Positions 14,214-24,928 of a DNA stretch of 64,000 nucleotides are shown piece after piece. This DNA is from Flectonema sp. DT1601 (taxonomy: Eukaryota): positions 868,001 to 932,000 of the forward strand of contig OZ025798.1 of assembly GCA_964019425.1 (NCBI GenBank), in the 5' to 3' direction. Numbering within the stretch: the first letter of the stretch is position 1; every line of letters starts with the position of its first letter. Position numbers and translations under genes: made by a program. The notes under the pieces were generated by a model. The model ran no database searches. It was not told the DNA's origin and saw only the letters and a program-made list of their open reading frames with translations.

Positions 14214-14603
14214 ATGTTCATAATATTAATGATAGTAGCAGCGGTATTAACTGATAATACAACGAGGTTCACGCAGTTGCAATGTCAAGACTCTGCCTGC
14301 GTGCTCTGCGATGTTTATGTTTTTAACCAAAATACGTGCAACACTGCACAATCAGGTTTCACTGCCAAAGGTGTCTGTCTTTCTTCAGGTGTATTTCAGC
14401 AACAGTTATGGGATAATGTTGATTGCACGGGAGTGCCTTTCTCTGTTACGAATGTTCCAATGAATACCTGTATTCAGAGTGTAGGTAACACCTACTTTGA
14501 GGAAATCTGTGATCCTACAGTTCAACACAAGAGTCATTACAACGCGACAGTGAATGAAGGAATCTCCTTGTTTGTTGCTGCTTCAAGTCTTGAAAGAAAA
14601 TAA
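14214..14603 (+). CDS. Small secreted cysteine-rich protein
   Basis: Hydrophobic signal-like N-terminus MFIILMIVAAVL followed by regularly spaced Cys residues. Confidence 0.65.
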   Translation: MFIILMIVAAVLTDNTTRFTQLQCQDSACVLCDVYVFNQNTCNTAQSGFTAKGVCLSSGVFQQQLWDNVDCTGVPFSVTNVPMNTCIQSVGNTYFEEICDPTVQHKSHYNATVNEGISLFVAASSLERK

Positions 14604-15490
14604 TTAGATATAATACTGAGCCTTTCAAACAAAACGTGTCCTCTAAAACGTCCTGCCTACGACTAGTCTGGCTAGTCAGAGTACTGCCAACATTATTATT
14701 ATATTTTGCTGCTTTCCATCTAAGGTGGTAGCAAAGTTGTTATTTGCGACTACACTTAACCATAGTTGAGTTCTCTGTGATTGATCTTTCCAAATATAAA
14801 ATGAAAAAATATTTCAATTAAACAACAAAAGTAAAGACAGCTACTACGTTAAGTTGGTTCGTTGTCTTTGTGTTGCGTGTTTTTTTTCATCATTCTATCC
14901 CTCTCTGTAATGGTTGTACTTTCGTAATTCACATTCTCTTTGTGTGAAGTTTCTCTCCTCATCGAGAATGGGTTTCCCACCACTTTTACTTTTTTACTCA
15001 ATAAACGCTTCATATCGTTATCGTAATAGAAGAAAAAAAAGAAAACTAAGAAGCGGGTAAGGTATTTTCGATTCTTGGTTTTCTTTCTTAGTTGGACAGC
15101 ATTCTTTTTTGTTCACGATTGCTATTACCTTATCTTGTGTTTTTCTTTCTTAAAAATTCTTTCACTTTAATTTTTGTTTGGATCTTTTTTTTCTTCTCTT
15201 TTCTTTTTTTTTTCTTTTCTTCATATCAATAATAATTCTTGTTTTAAAAGGGTCAGAAATCAGTTTGTGTGTTGTTTCTTCAATCCTCTCGGTCAACTTA
15301 TTTTAGAGCTTGAATCAAAATCAACACTGTCTGTCCCTTTTTCTTCTTTTTTTTTTGTTTCCTCTTCTCGGTTAATGCATTTATCACTTATTCCTTCGAC
15401 CGCAGTCACTTTGGCTTTTGTGAAGTTTTTGCAATGTTTTAGTTTCTCATCAATTTTATTTAAATTCATTTCTTAAACAGACACTCTGAT

Positions 15491-17365
15491 ATGCCGATAG
15501 TTCGAACCAGTGACGGTTCACCGCGATCAAGATGGCCAGCTGCATTATCAAAGCCAGTGGTGTGTGTTACTCCAGGTTCTAGTCCTGTGTTGATGCCTAT
15601 GGATGGACCTCCGTCGAATTTGATTTTTTATGAAGAGGTTGTGCAGCCTGTGACTTACGTTCCATCATCGCCCCCAAGGATGCAACCGGATTTGGTGTAT
15701 CAACCTCCGACACCTGCAGGACTGCAGGCGGAAATCCCATCTCCGATTAGAGAAGTGCGTCCCATTAGAGAAGTATCTCCACTTACTGATTTTACACCTG
15801 TCGTGAGTGAAGTTGAGCCTATCAGAAAGTTTGAGCCTACCAGAAAGTTTGAACCTGTAAAGGAAGTTGAACCTGTTGGACCTGTAGGAGACGTTCAGCC
15901 TGCAGGGGAGATTAGACCAGTCGGAGAGGTATCTCTGAGGACTGATTTTACACCGATCCTGGAAATACCAAAGAAGCCCTTAACACCGCAGGTAGTACCC
16001 ATTCCAGCGCCCACATATAATCCCCAAACGCCGCCACAAATCCCGGGGGCTGAATTAACTCCAATCTTCAGTGTTGCCACCCAACTTGAAGAATCTGTTT
16101 CAGAAACAGCGAATATCACTTACAAACCTCTTTTTAATAATAGCAACGATATGACTGGATTGGACTTATACAATAATGACAACAAGGCATTTAGAGCTAG
16201 GCTTGAACCATATCTATTGCCAAGGAGAAATGCACACATTGATATTACCGGACATGAGGAACAATTACTATCCCAATGTTGTTCTCGAGATGGGATTAGA
16301 AAAGATCTTTATGAAACTGCTTTGAGAGTAATTCAATCTCTTTATAATAAACAAGTTTATATTGAGCAGGGGAAGTCTGCTCTGCTGAGAGGACTCGGAC
16401 TTGAATTACCAATTAAAGGTGGACCTGTCTTTACCGACAAAGAAACAGCGATGATACTAGCAGCACTGTGGCAAGTTGACGAGCCGTTTGGGGACAAGCT
16501 AGAGTTTGAAAAGACATTATATGGAATTATTAACATGATGATTGGACACATTCGAAGGCCTGAAGATGAATTCTATAAAGAATGTAAAGTTAGTCCTCCC
16601 AGAGAAAGACATTCAAACAGGATGCAAATCTTCAGTCAAAAATCATCAAATTCATCAAATCGTCCTGAAGATGAGCGGAAGTTAAGTCCTCTGAGAGAGA
16701 AATATCCAAACAGACGAATAAAATCACCACAACACGATGAAGAACAGAGGTATACTCCTCCTAGAGACAGATACTCACCAGTCTCATCAATTCGACAAGA
16801 TGAAGATCAGAGATTTAGTCCTTCGAGATCTCCTGTCATGTCGCAGTCACTGTACTCGTCTGAATCTCGTGTTAGTCCTGTCAGTGAAACGCTACCTCCT
16901 AGCATATTAAAACCTTCAATGGCTGTACGAACACAAACATACAGTCCTATTATGATGGAGAATCGTGTTAATCAAAGTGTTGCTTTTAATGAACATCGAA
17001 TGCCAGACTTAGGATATAATGGACGTGGTGTTCCTTCTTACTATCCATCAACACCAGTTCAACCTGTTGTCAGTATGTCTGTTAGCTCTGATCGTAGTTC
17101 ACATCGTAGTGTTCCGCAGCAGCCAACACGTGAAATTAGAACTTTTTCTTGTCCTTCTGCGTGTCGACCTCGCGAATCGATGATTGACTTTGCAGCTAAA
17201 TGCCATCCGGGATTACCATCACCGAAACCTGTTAGAACTAACTATGATCCAAGAGTACCTCTTCGAGGGTCAGAAGCTCCAAGGCAACTACCTTCTGAGT
17301 ACTACGCTAATATTAGAAAGGGTTCGAGAATGAGACCTCCTGGATCGTCTTCAAGTAAATCATAA
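15491..17365 (+). CDS. Pro/Ser-rich hypothetical protein with short internal repeats
   Basis: 624-aa ORF. Repeats EVRPIREVSPLTDFTP / EIRPVGEVSLRTDFTP and SP[PL]RE[RK]; central helical segment. Confidence 0.7.
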   Translation: MPIVRTSDGSPRSRWPAALSKPVVCVTPGSSPVLMPMDGPPSNLIFYEEVVQPVTYVPSSPPRMQPDLVYQPPTPAGLQAEIPSPIREVRPIREVSPLTDFTPVVSEVEPIRKFEPTRKFEPVKEVEPVGPVGDVQPAGEIRPVGEVSLRTDFTPILEIPKKPLTPQVVPIPAPTYNPQTPPQIPGAELTPIFSVATQLEESVSETANITYKPLFNNSNDMTGLDLYNNDNKAFRARLEPYLLPRRNAHIDITGHEEQLLSQCCSRDGIRKDLYETALRVIQSLYNKQVYIEQGKSALLRGLGLELPIKGGPVFTDKETAMILAALWQVDEPFGDKLEFEKTLYGIINMMIGHIRRPEDEFYKECKVSPPRERHSNRMQIFSQKSSNSSNRPEDERKLSPLREKYPNRRIKSPQHDEEQRYTPPRDRYSPVSSIRQDEDQRFSPSRSPVMSQSLYSSESRVSPVSETLPPSILKPSMAVRTQTYSPIMMENRVNQSVAFNEHRMPDLGYNGRGVPSYYPSTPVQPVVSMSVSSDRSSHRSVPQQPTREIRTFSCPSACRPRESMIDFAAKCHPGLPSPKPVRTNYDPRVPLRGSEAPRQLPSEYYANIRKGSRMRPPGSSSSKS

Positions 17366-17993
17366 AAACCTGTCGTCGTTGATCAGAATGAACGTATTCT
17401 CTGATCACAATAAATATAACCTGTGTTTAGTGCTTTTATTTTTTTTCTTCTTCTAGCCTTTTTTTTTTTGCCTTTCATCACTAAAATACTTGCATCTTAT
17501 TCTTCGATAATTCCCCCCGAAAGCATTACCTTTGATACCTTGTTGTGAGGTTGGATCAATTCATTCACTGCTTCAATGCACTGAACACATTAGAGAGTGA
17601 GTCTAAGAATGTTTGTGCTTCTTTAGGCAACTAAAACAAAAAAAGACAAACGACGTTTTGATTTCGTAGTTTTCGTAGTCACTTTTCCTTTTCCTTTTAT
17701 TTTTTTTTTATTATTATTGTTCAGTTGTAGTATTCTTAGCTTTTATATTATATTTTCAAAGATACTCGTATCCCTATTGAGGACTTACCTCCAGGATTTA
17801 ATCATTATATGTTCTTCTTTCTTTGTGTGTAGACTATTCCCCCATACCCATTCCCTACCTGTATCCTTGTATTTGTAGCACAAACTTATTAGCTTGCTTT
17901 TAGTGTGTTTTTTATTTTTGGAAAAAACCCTTTTTTTTAAAAACCTTTTTTTTTTTTTTTTAAAAAAGTATAAATAATGGTTAGTTAACATAG

Positions 17994-18716
17994 ATGACTA
18001 CAACGCTTACAGCAGATGAGCAATTCCTCTTTCAGATGATGGTAACGCAGGGTCCTTGTTCTAGAACTGCTATTAAAAAAGAGATGAAAGGAATCTCAAA
18101 TTTAAACAACCTTTTATCTAAAATGTGTGAAGTAAGAGATGGTAAATATCACCTTAAGCAGGTACTTGGAGGTGATCAAAAAGTAGAAGAACCAACAGTG
18201 TCTGATGATCAGGGCACGGCATATATTTTTTCTGGAAATTACGACGGGTGGACGTCCTCTTATTTACCACCTGACATGATGTCTGCTGTGGTGGTGACTG
18301 ATGTTATGGAACAAGATCCTCATGAAGAGATTGAAGATAAAACATTGAATTATTTGTTATGTTATCAACCAAATACATATCCTATTGTCTCTGTCCCATC
18401 AGGTGACACTGAAGAATTTATTAACCAACTTCATGAGTTCTCTCTCTCTCAGCTGTCTCCACCAACATTACCTGAAATTACTTCTATGGATGCTTATTCG
18501 GAGTATTTGAAATACTATAATGAGTTGTCTCTCTTTCTTGCTACTACTAACTCATTTCTTGATGAGGCGAGAGCGAAACAATCTTCCATTCCACAATACG
18601 CGATTGATACTTTAATTGCGATAGACTCTCGCACTTCAGCATTAGAGATGGAGCTCAATAGAGTTGTTATCGCTGTCAAAGAGTTCGTCTTTAATTGCAG
18701 GCGTGAACTCTTATAG
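17994..18716 (+). CDS. Hypothetical protein, weakly ELL/occludin-homology-like
   Basis: 240-aa ORF. N-terminal winged-helix-like segment ending GKYHLK; C-terminal LPEITSMDAYSEYLKYYNEL plus coiled coil, reminiscent of Occludin_ELL. The family call is tentative. Confidence 0.6.
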   Translation: MTTTLTADEQFLFQMMVTQGPCSRTAIKKEMKGISNLNNLLSKMCEVRDGKYHLKQVLGGDQKVEEPTVSDDQGTAYIFSGNYDGWTSSYLPPDMMSAVVVTDVMEQDPHEEIEDKTLNYLLCYQPNTYPIVSVPSGDTEEFINQLHEFSLSQLSPPTLPEITSMDAYSEYLKYYNELSLFLATTNSFLDEARAKQSSIPQYAIDTLIAIDSRTSALEMELNRVVIAVKEFVFNCRRELL

Positions 18717-18797
18717 AAAATATTCTTTACTGGGAGAGTGATATTAACATTTATATTTCATTTCACATTAATTATTTGAGACCAGTACAGCAACAAC

Positions 18798-20462
18798 ATG
18801 GCTGTGACGGATGACGATGTCAAGGCCGCTCTCGATTCTGGAGAATGGACTGAAAAAACTGACAAGAAATCAGGAAAAACATATTATGTAAAGAAAGGAA
18901 CCAAAGAACGATGCTGGGACCTTAAGAAGCAACTGACAAAAGAAGCAGGTGGTGGCAAAGCCGCCGACAAAGAGAAGAAACCAGCAGCGAAGAAGGCTGA
19001 AAAGAAAGCTGAAGAAAAAGAAGCGGCCAGTGAACCAGCTAAGGAACCAGCAAAAAAACCAGCAGCGAAGGCAGCGAAGAAGAAAGAAGAAAAAACTGAA
19101 GAAGCATCTGCAGAAGCTACTGAAGATAAAGGAAAGGCGAAGAAGGCAGCAACTCGTCCGAAGTCAAATAGCGTCGTTAGCAACATGTCGAACGTCTCTC
19201 GTGCATCTCGAGCTGTAAGTGAAATACATCCTTACTCTGTAACAGTAAAGAAGAGTGATCAACCTGATAAAGGAAAGTACATGGCTTCCGTCACACTAGA
19301 AAGTAAAGAACAAGGAGGTATGCCCCTCGACGGACCACAAACAATCTACGGCAATACGGAGAAAGAAGTCCACTTAGCTGCTGCTCTTTGCAGAGAACAG
19401 ATGAGACAGAGCTACTACGATAATGTTCCTCTTCGACAATATGTTCAGGGGAATAATACAAAACCAGCAGTTGTTGAGACTGCAGATTATTGGGACGGAG
19501 ATATCTTACATGGAGGTGGTGTACATAGTTGTAATCAGATTTACAATCCTCCTTCAACCTCATCATACGGTGATGATCATTATCAACCAGCTGATAGTAG
19601 TAGAAGTAACACATTGAGAACAGCTGCAGCTTGTGGTGATATATCAACAGTACGTCAATGCCTTCTTCATAGTGCTGGTCGTATTGATGATCCCAGAGCT
19701 GATGGTAAAACAGCTTTACATCATGCAGCTCGTTATGGTCATTGTGATATAATTGATATTTTACTTGAGGCTGGAGCTAATCCTCAAGCTACTGATTCAA
19801 AGGGTCGCACACCTGTTGATCTCGCATCTCAATATGGACAGCGAACAGCTGTTGTTCGATTGGAAACTCGAGGAGCTGGAAGTCCTGGTAGGCTACGTCA
19901 TCATTGGAACTGTGATGGAAATAACGTTCTTGGAACTCGTTCATTATCTCCTCAAGCTGGTGGAACACAATCAAGAATTGATTATCAACCATCTCATGAA
20001 GTAAGACGTCAATTACAAACTGATGTCAATCACGCGATGTCTGGTGTTAGAACTCTTGTGAGTGGATGGATAAGAGATTGGGGATCAAATCCATACCCTC
20101 CTCCTTCTCATTATAATCAACATGTTGGGAGAGTTACTTCATCACCTCCTGGAGTATTTGAGAGTCAGAGAATATCACCCGTGAGAACAAGATCTCCAGT
20201 TAGAGCAATGGGTCGTATGTCGCCACCCCCTTCAGCTGTTGATGATTTGACTGAAAGGATTTGGCAAGCAGCAAAAGCAAGACATGCACCACCACGATCA
20301 GGATACGCTGCTTCTCCAGTTCCAACATCTATAGCTGAGCCGCCAGCACCTTTTTCCACAACACCTGTTCGCAAATGGGGATCAACAAGTCCTCAGAGCG
20401 CCTCATTTCCAAATCCTTCTGGCAACCGATTCCTCCTTCCTTCAGAAGGAATAAATATTTAA
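18798..20462 (+). CDS. WW-domain and ankyrin-repeat protein
   Basis: WTEKTDKKSGKTYYV...TKERCW (WW); K/A/E-rich linker; DGKTALHHAARYGH and KGRTPVDLA (ankyrin). Confidence 0.8.
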   Translation: MAVTDDDVKAALDSGEWTEKTDKKSGKTYYVKKGTKERCWDLKKQLTKEAGGGKAADKEKKPAAKKAEKKAEEKEAASEPAKEPAKKPAAKAAKKKEEKTEEASAEATEDKGKAKKAATRPKSNSVVSNMSNVSRASRAVSEIHPYSVTVKKSDQPDKGKYMASVTLESKEQGGMPLDGPQTIYGNTEKEVHLAAALCREQMRQSYYDNVPLRQYVQGNNTKPAVVETADYWDGDILHGGGVHSCNQIYNPPSTSSYGDDHYQPADSSRSNTLRTAAACGDISTVRQCLLHSAGRIDDPRADGKTALHHAARYGHCDIIDILLEAGANPQATDSKGRTPVDLASQYGQRTAVVRLETRGAGSPGRLRHHWNCDGNNVLGTRSLSPQAGGTQSRIDYQPSHEVRRQLQTDVNHAMSGVRTLVSGWIRDWGSNPYPPPSHYNQHVGRVTSSPPGVFESQRISPVRTRSPVRAMGRMSPPPSAVDDLTERIWQAAKARHAPPRSGYAASPVPTSIAEPPAPFSTTPVRKWGSTSPQSASFPNPSGNRFLLPSEGINI

Positions 20463-20703
20463 TAAAATAAAATCATCTTGTCTTCCGCCTCCATTTGATT
20501 GGCAGGAAATTTTTGCAAATAAGAAAAAAAAAAAAAAAAAAAAACAGGGTAGACTTTATCTTCTCCATTATCCTGTATCTTATTTATTACTTATTCGGTT
20601 GTTGTATTTATTGTATCGCTTTGCAAAGTCAGCGTTTAATAACAAAAAAAAAAAATTTATTATCATTTTCACACGTTTACAGTATTAAATATGCTCCTTC
20701 TAT

Positions 20704-22296
20704 ATGGACAAGGCTGCCTTCATTGATAAATATTCGCTATATAGCCAACCTAGGGTGTATGACAATTCTTTATTAAATGAAGTTTGTTGTATAAAAGCAT
20801 TAAGTACGGATGGCTACGACGATGTTACTTATTATAGGTCGCTGCAGTATTTGACTCATCAACTCAAAAATCAAAAAGATTTATCTGTGGAAGTTAGGAT
20901 CCGGTCATTGTATGCTTGCGTTCAATTTTGGAAACGATCACGTGAAACAGATTATTTTGAAATTTTTAACTTTTTATTGAGGTCTTTCGACGTAAATGAC
21001 TATTCAAAATCAACTGAGACATGCGTTGCTGTATTATCAGCTATGCTGGACACCAGACTTGTTCATGGTGATATTTTCTTTTTAATATGTTCAGGGATAG
21101 CATTGCATCCAAGACAGCTACTGACATCACCCTATAAAACATGTGTACTACTATCGGAGTTTGGGAAACTTCGAGACATCAGACTCGACTTAGCACAATC
21201 GGAACAACTTATGAACATTGTAACATGTTGTATTATCCCTATGTTACGTGAGCTGCTGTTGGATCATTCAAATGATCAGTTTCGGTCAGAATGGATTGGA
21301 ATGGCGATTGGTGGTATGGCATCACTACACCTAATTGACATAAATATATTAAACTTAGCTGCTGAGTTCATCATTCAAAGACCATGCGGTCATATCGACG
21401 CTACATATTTATTAGTGTCTATAGCACGAGCTGATTTTCATAGGGAAGACTTGGTTGATCATTTGGTTAAATGTTTCTTTACAGACGTGGCTAAATCGAG
21501 ACAAGGAAACGATAAAAAAACTGTTTTCAACCTTAGCAATTCGTTAATAGCAATGGCTTCTTCAAAATTAGAGAATCGGAGTGAGATATTTTTACGTTGT
21601 ATTGATTTTGTGAGACAACCTTCCAGAAATAGACACATAACTGTAGCGGATGTCGTGTGTTTTCTTAAAGCTTTGAATCGCTTGCGTAGAAATCATAGTC
21701 AATCTGATCCTGTTACATTTAGTCAATTAATTAGTGCGACGGTTACTTTATTTAATTTTATAAAAGATAAACCCGCTCGGAGTCATCCAGTTGCGTTGGC
21801 TTTAATACTAATGTCACAAACCTTAGGTATAAATCACGTGATTCTTGGATGCTATGTAAGTGAGATAAATATCGATAAGTTGAATGATAGTAGCTCGTAT
21901 GAATTAGCCAGCGCTCTTGTGAAATTTCGAATTGATGAACCAAAAATGATGCTTTTATTGTTGGAAAAAACTGCTAAGGCTGTTGTGAATAAAATGCGAG
22001 TACACCATGTTAAGAGAATGTACCAGCAAACACTTGCAAACATTCCAGATGATTTAGCCTCTAGAGAATTGGTGATTCGAATTGACAGTTTATTTCTTCA
22101 AAACACTTCATATAATTGGCATAAAACTGTTCGCCATCCCCGAGAGTTCCTCACATCAAATGAAAACAAACCACGGTCATTCAATAATCGGTCACGCATT
22201 AAGAACGATAAAGTTAAAATATCTCATGCTGGTGCTGCCAGGTTCGCTTCATCGTATCCGATCAGAAGAGCTCTTCAATTCTTTGGTAAGAAATGA
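20704..22296 (+). CDS. Hypothetical alpha-helical repeat protein (possibly FASTK/RAP-like)
   Basis: 530-aa Leu-rich ORF with repeated helical units such as LSNSLIAMASSKL and YELASALVKFRI. Family is uncertain. Confidence 0.6.
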   Translation: MDKAAFIDKYSLYSQPRVYDNSLLNEVCCIKALSTDGYDDVTYYRSLQYLTHQLKNQKDLSVEVRIRSLYACVQFWKRSRETDYFEIFNFLLRSFDVNDYSKSTETCVAVLSAMLDTRLVHGDIFFLICSGIALHPRQLLTSPYKTCVLLSEFGKLRDIRLDLAQSEQLMNIVTCCIIPMLRELLLDHSNDQFRSEWIGMAIGGMASLHLIDINILNLAAEFIIQRPCGHIDATYLLVSIARADFHREDLVDHLVKCFFTDVAKSRQGNDKKTVFNLSNSLIAMASSKLENRSEIFLRCIDFVRQPSRNRHITVADVVCFLKALNRLRRNHSQSDPVTFSQLISATVTLFNFIKDKPARSHPVALALILMSQTLGINHVILGCYVSEINIDKLNDSSSYELASALVKFRIDEPKMMLLLLEKTAKAVVNKMRVHHVKRMYQQTLANIPDDLASRELVIRIDSLFLQNTSYNWHKTVRHPREFLTSNENKPRSFNNRSRIKNDKVKISHAGAARFASSYPIRRALQFFGKK

Positions 22297-22404
22297 AAAA
22301 ATCTTTTTTTTTATGATAGGGTTTATATATAAACCTTTTTCTTTTTGTCAGAATTACTCTCCTATTATATACTCTTTTTTTTCTTTTAACCAGAATAGAA
22401 CTAC

Positions 22405-22809
22405 ATGGCGAGAGTTTCCCCTGTCACAAGTGTGAACCCACCAGAGAAAGGTTCGTTCCCACTTGATCATTTAGCAGAATGCAGATTATCGATCGAGAAA
22501 TATTTTATTTGTATGCACGAGAATAAAAATTTAGCACCAAAATGCAGAGAAGAAGCGAGAGAGTATCTTAAATGTAGAATGGACAGAGACTTAATGGAAG
22601 AAGAAGGATTGGATAAATGGTTTCCGAAAACTGATTTTATTGACACGAGACACAAAAAACATAAACAAAGATTAAACGACTCATCTGGTGCGCCTTCTCT
22701 AATGATCAACTCCAGACTTCGAGAGCAACCCGACGGATACGAAATAGAAAAGAGACGAGTTGCACCAACACTCGAGGAACTTCAATCAGGTAAATACAAA
22801 CAAATGTAA
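22405..22809 (+). CDS. COX19: Cytochrome c oxidase assembly protein COX19 (twin CX9C)
   Basis: PPEKGSFPLDHLAEC...YFICM...CREEAREYLKCRMDRDLM signature. Confidence 0.9.
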   Translation: MARVSPVTSVNPPEKGSFPLDHLAECRLSIEKYFICMHENKNLAPKCREEAREYLKCRMDRDLMEEEGLDKWFPKTDFIDTRHKKHKQRLNDSSGAPSLMINSRLREQPDGYEIEKRRVAPTLEELQSGKYKQM

Positions 22810-23069
22810 TATCTGACGATGCAGTTCCGGTTTACTATTCCGCGCAGGCGGGTTTTTCACAAGACAGGTAGAGTATACCTGGAGTAGACATGTAAGTGAA
22901 TACTAGACACAGGTTATTTAAAATCAATGGTTATCTAATGATGGATCACTTCTCTTATCGTCTTATTCGACTAAAAAGGACCGACCGATTTCGATTCGGT
23001 TTCCAAAATGTTTTTTTTTTTTTTCTTTTTTTTTTCCTCCTCGAATAAAAAAATTTCAAAAAAAAAAAT

Positions 23070-23100
23070 TTTTAACACATTTTTGTTTTTTTTCCAGCAG
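23070..23100 (+). promoter_or_regulatory. Putative spliced-leader trans-splice acceptor (example; similar sites near 22393, 26865, 37757, 39330)
   Basis: Polypyrimidine tract plus CAG a few nt before the TTLL ATG, inside a unidirectional gene array. Confidence 0.5.
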
Positions 23101-23107
23101 CTGAACC

Positions 23108-24625
23108 ATGAAGGTAAAAACACCTCGATCGCTTGATCCCACCGACGGTGTTTGCGCTATTCTCATACGTGACATTCCACATGTGATAGCTATTAAGGAC
23201 TTCAGCAGAAAATTATTGGGATGTCATTCAGTTGGAGACGTTAGTAATTACGAAAAGACAAACGTAATGTACATCGACACCTCGTCTACGAGATACAATT
23301 TAATACGACTTGCTGCTAGTAGAGTTGGATGGAAGGAGTCAGAAGGAAATTTTCCCGACATCGTCTGGATAGACACTGCTATCACACCGTCAATGGTTAG
23401 GGAATTGCAAGGGATCTCGAGGATTAATCACTTTCCTGGAATGCAAATTATTTGTAAAAAACTTGAATTCGCTCTTGCGATGGAAGGAGCAAAAAAACTG
23501 TTCCCAAAACAATATCGATTCATACCAAAAACTTACACAAGCTACGCTCATTATATAAAATCAGCTCAGCAATTGGCTGGATCGATGTGGTACATCGCAA
23601 AACCAGATGCTGGCTGTATGGGAAAAGGAGTTTACCTAACCCACAATCCGAAACGAGAGCATTTCACAGATGATAGCGTCCTTCAAGAATATGTAAAGCG
23701 TCCGTTGCTAATTGACGGTCATAAATTTGACATGCGACTTTTTGTCGTCGTCTGGTCTGTTTCACCCCTCACTCTATATATTCATAAGAAGGGGTTTTTG
23801 AGACTTTGCACTGAGCAGTACCAACTGCCTTCAAAACAAAACTATGACAACATGCTCATTCACCTAACTAACTACGCGATCAATAAGAGTTCCAAGAAAT
23901 ACGCTGCTAATAGTAAATATGGTGGGTCTGAATCGGGATCTAAGAGAAGTCTTGATTTCTTATTTAATTATATTGAAACAATTGGAGGTGATTCTGACAA
24001 AGTTTGGGATGAGATTTGTTCACTTATTGTAAAAACAGTTCTACCTGTTGCGAGTCACTTGAATTCGGTTTATTGCCGAACGTTTTCAGATGATCCTAAC
24101 CAACGTTGTTTTGAGGTTTTGGGATTCGATGTTCTCTTGGACAGGGAACTAAACCCTTGGTTGCTTGAAGTTAATCACAGGCCTTCGTTGTCTTGTCAAA
24201 GTGATTTCGATTATCACATCAAAAAGAATTTGATTGAAGACGTACTTCGGCTGTTGTCAGTGAGCTCTACCTCCAGACCTGCTTCTCATTTAGTGCCTGA
24301 AGATCTGCAGTGCGTGTACCCAACTTGTTCTGATCAGTTGTCTTTAATTTATCGAGATATTGAAAATGGACTTTCAGATAGAAAACTCAGCAGTCCCGTG
24401 CGTCAAACACCAAAACCCCCATCCAAAAATCGTACAAAGTCACCATCTGCATCAGTAAAGCCACTAAAATGGCGCCCTCAAAGTTCTGGACTTCCTACTA
24501 GAAACTTATTGAATCCACCAAAACTGCAACTTCATTCTGCGCTCTCATCAACATACAGAAATGTAAAGCAGCGCAGGAGTGGTTCTGCTGGTTTATATTA
24601 CACACAAGGAGGAAAGTATCTTTGA
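23108..24625 (+). CDS. Tubulin-tyrosine ligase-like protein (TTLL6/13-like polyglutamylase)
   Basis: INHFPGM, YIAKPDAGCMGKGV, QEYVKRPLLIDGHKFDMR, HLTNYAINK, CFEVLGFDVLLD, PWLLEVNHRPS. Confidence 0.9.
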   Translation: MKVKTPRSLDPTDGVCAILIRDIPHVIAIKDFSRKLLGCHSVGDVSNYEKTNVMYIDTSSTRYNLIRLAASRVGWKESEGNFPDIVWIDTAITPSMVRELQGISRINHFPGMQIICKKLEFALAMEGAKKLFPKQYRFIPKTYTSYAHYIKSAQQLAGSMWYIAKPDAGCMGKGVYLTHNPKREHFTDDSVLQEYVKRPLLIDGHKFDMRLFVVVWSVSPLTLYIHKKGFLRLCTEQYQLPSKQNYDNMLIHLTNYAINKSSKKYAANSKYGGSESGSKRSLDFLFNYIETIGGDSDKVWDEICSLIVKTVLPVASHLNSVYCRTFSDDPNQRCFEVLGFDVLLDRELNPWLLEVNHRPSLSCQSDFDYHIKKNLIEDVLRLLSVSSTSRPASHLVPEDLQCVYPTCSDQLSLIYRDIENGLSDRKLSSPVRQTPKPPSKNRTKSPSASVKPLKWRPQSSGLPTRNLLNPPKLQLHSALSSTYRNVKQRRSGSAGLYYTQGGKYL

Positions 24626-24928
24626 GTTAATATGTGATGCCTGTTTGACTTATCCGTCGTTTAGTTACTGATTATTATTATTATTTATTATTATTATTAT
24701 TATTATTATTCTGCTTCGTTAATGCTTTTTTATTGTACCTACTTTTTTAATACTTTTCTCTTATGTTCCCCCCCTCCTCTTCTTTTTTGTTATTAGATTA
24801 CAAACGAGAAAAAAAAAAAAAAAAAAAACGTTGATATATAAAATGACTGAATATGTAAATGTAACTTTCTTTTTTTTTTAATCAACACACAGAAAAAGTG
24901 ATATTACACAATAGGAAATATGTAAAAG

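Noticed and set aside
24668..24710. (ATT)n microsatellite and the many poly(A)/poly(T) runs
   Set aside because: Ordinary low-complexity sequence; run lengths may be affected by sequencing error.
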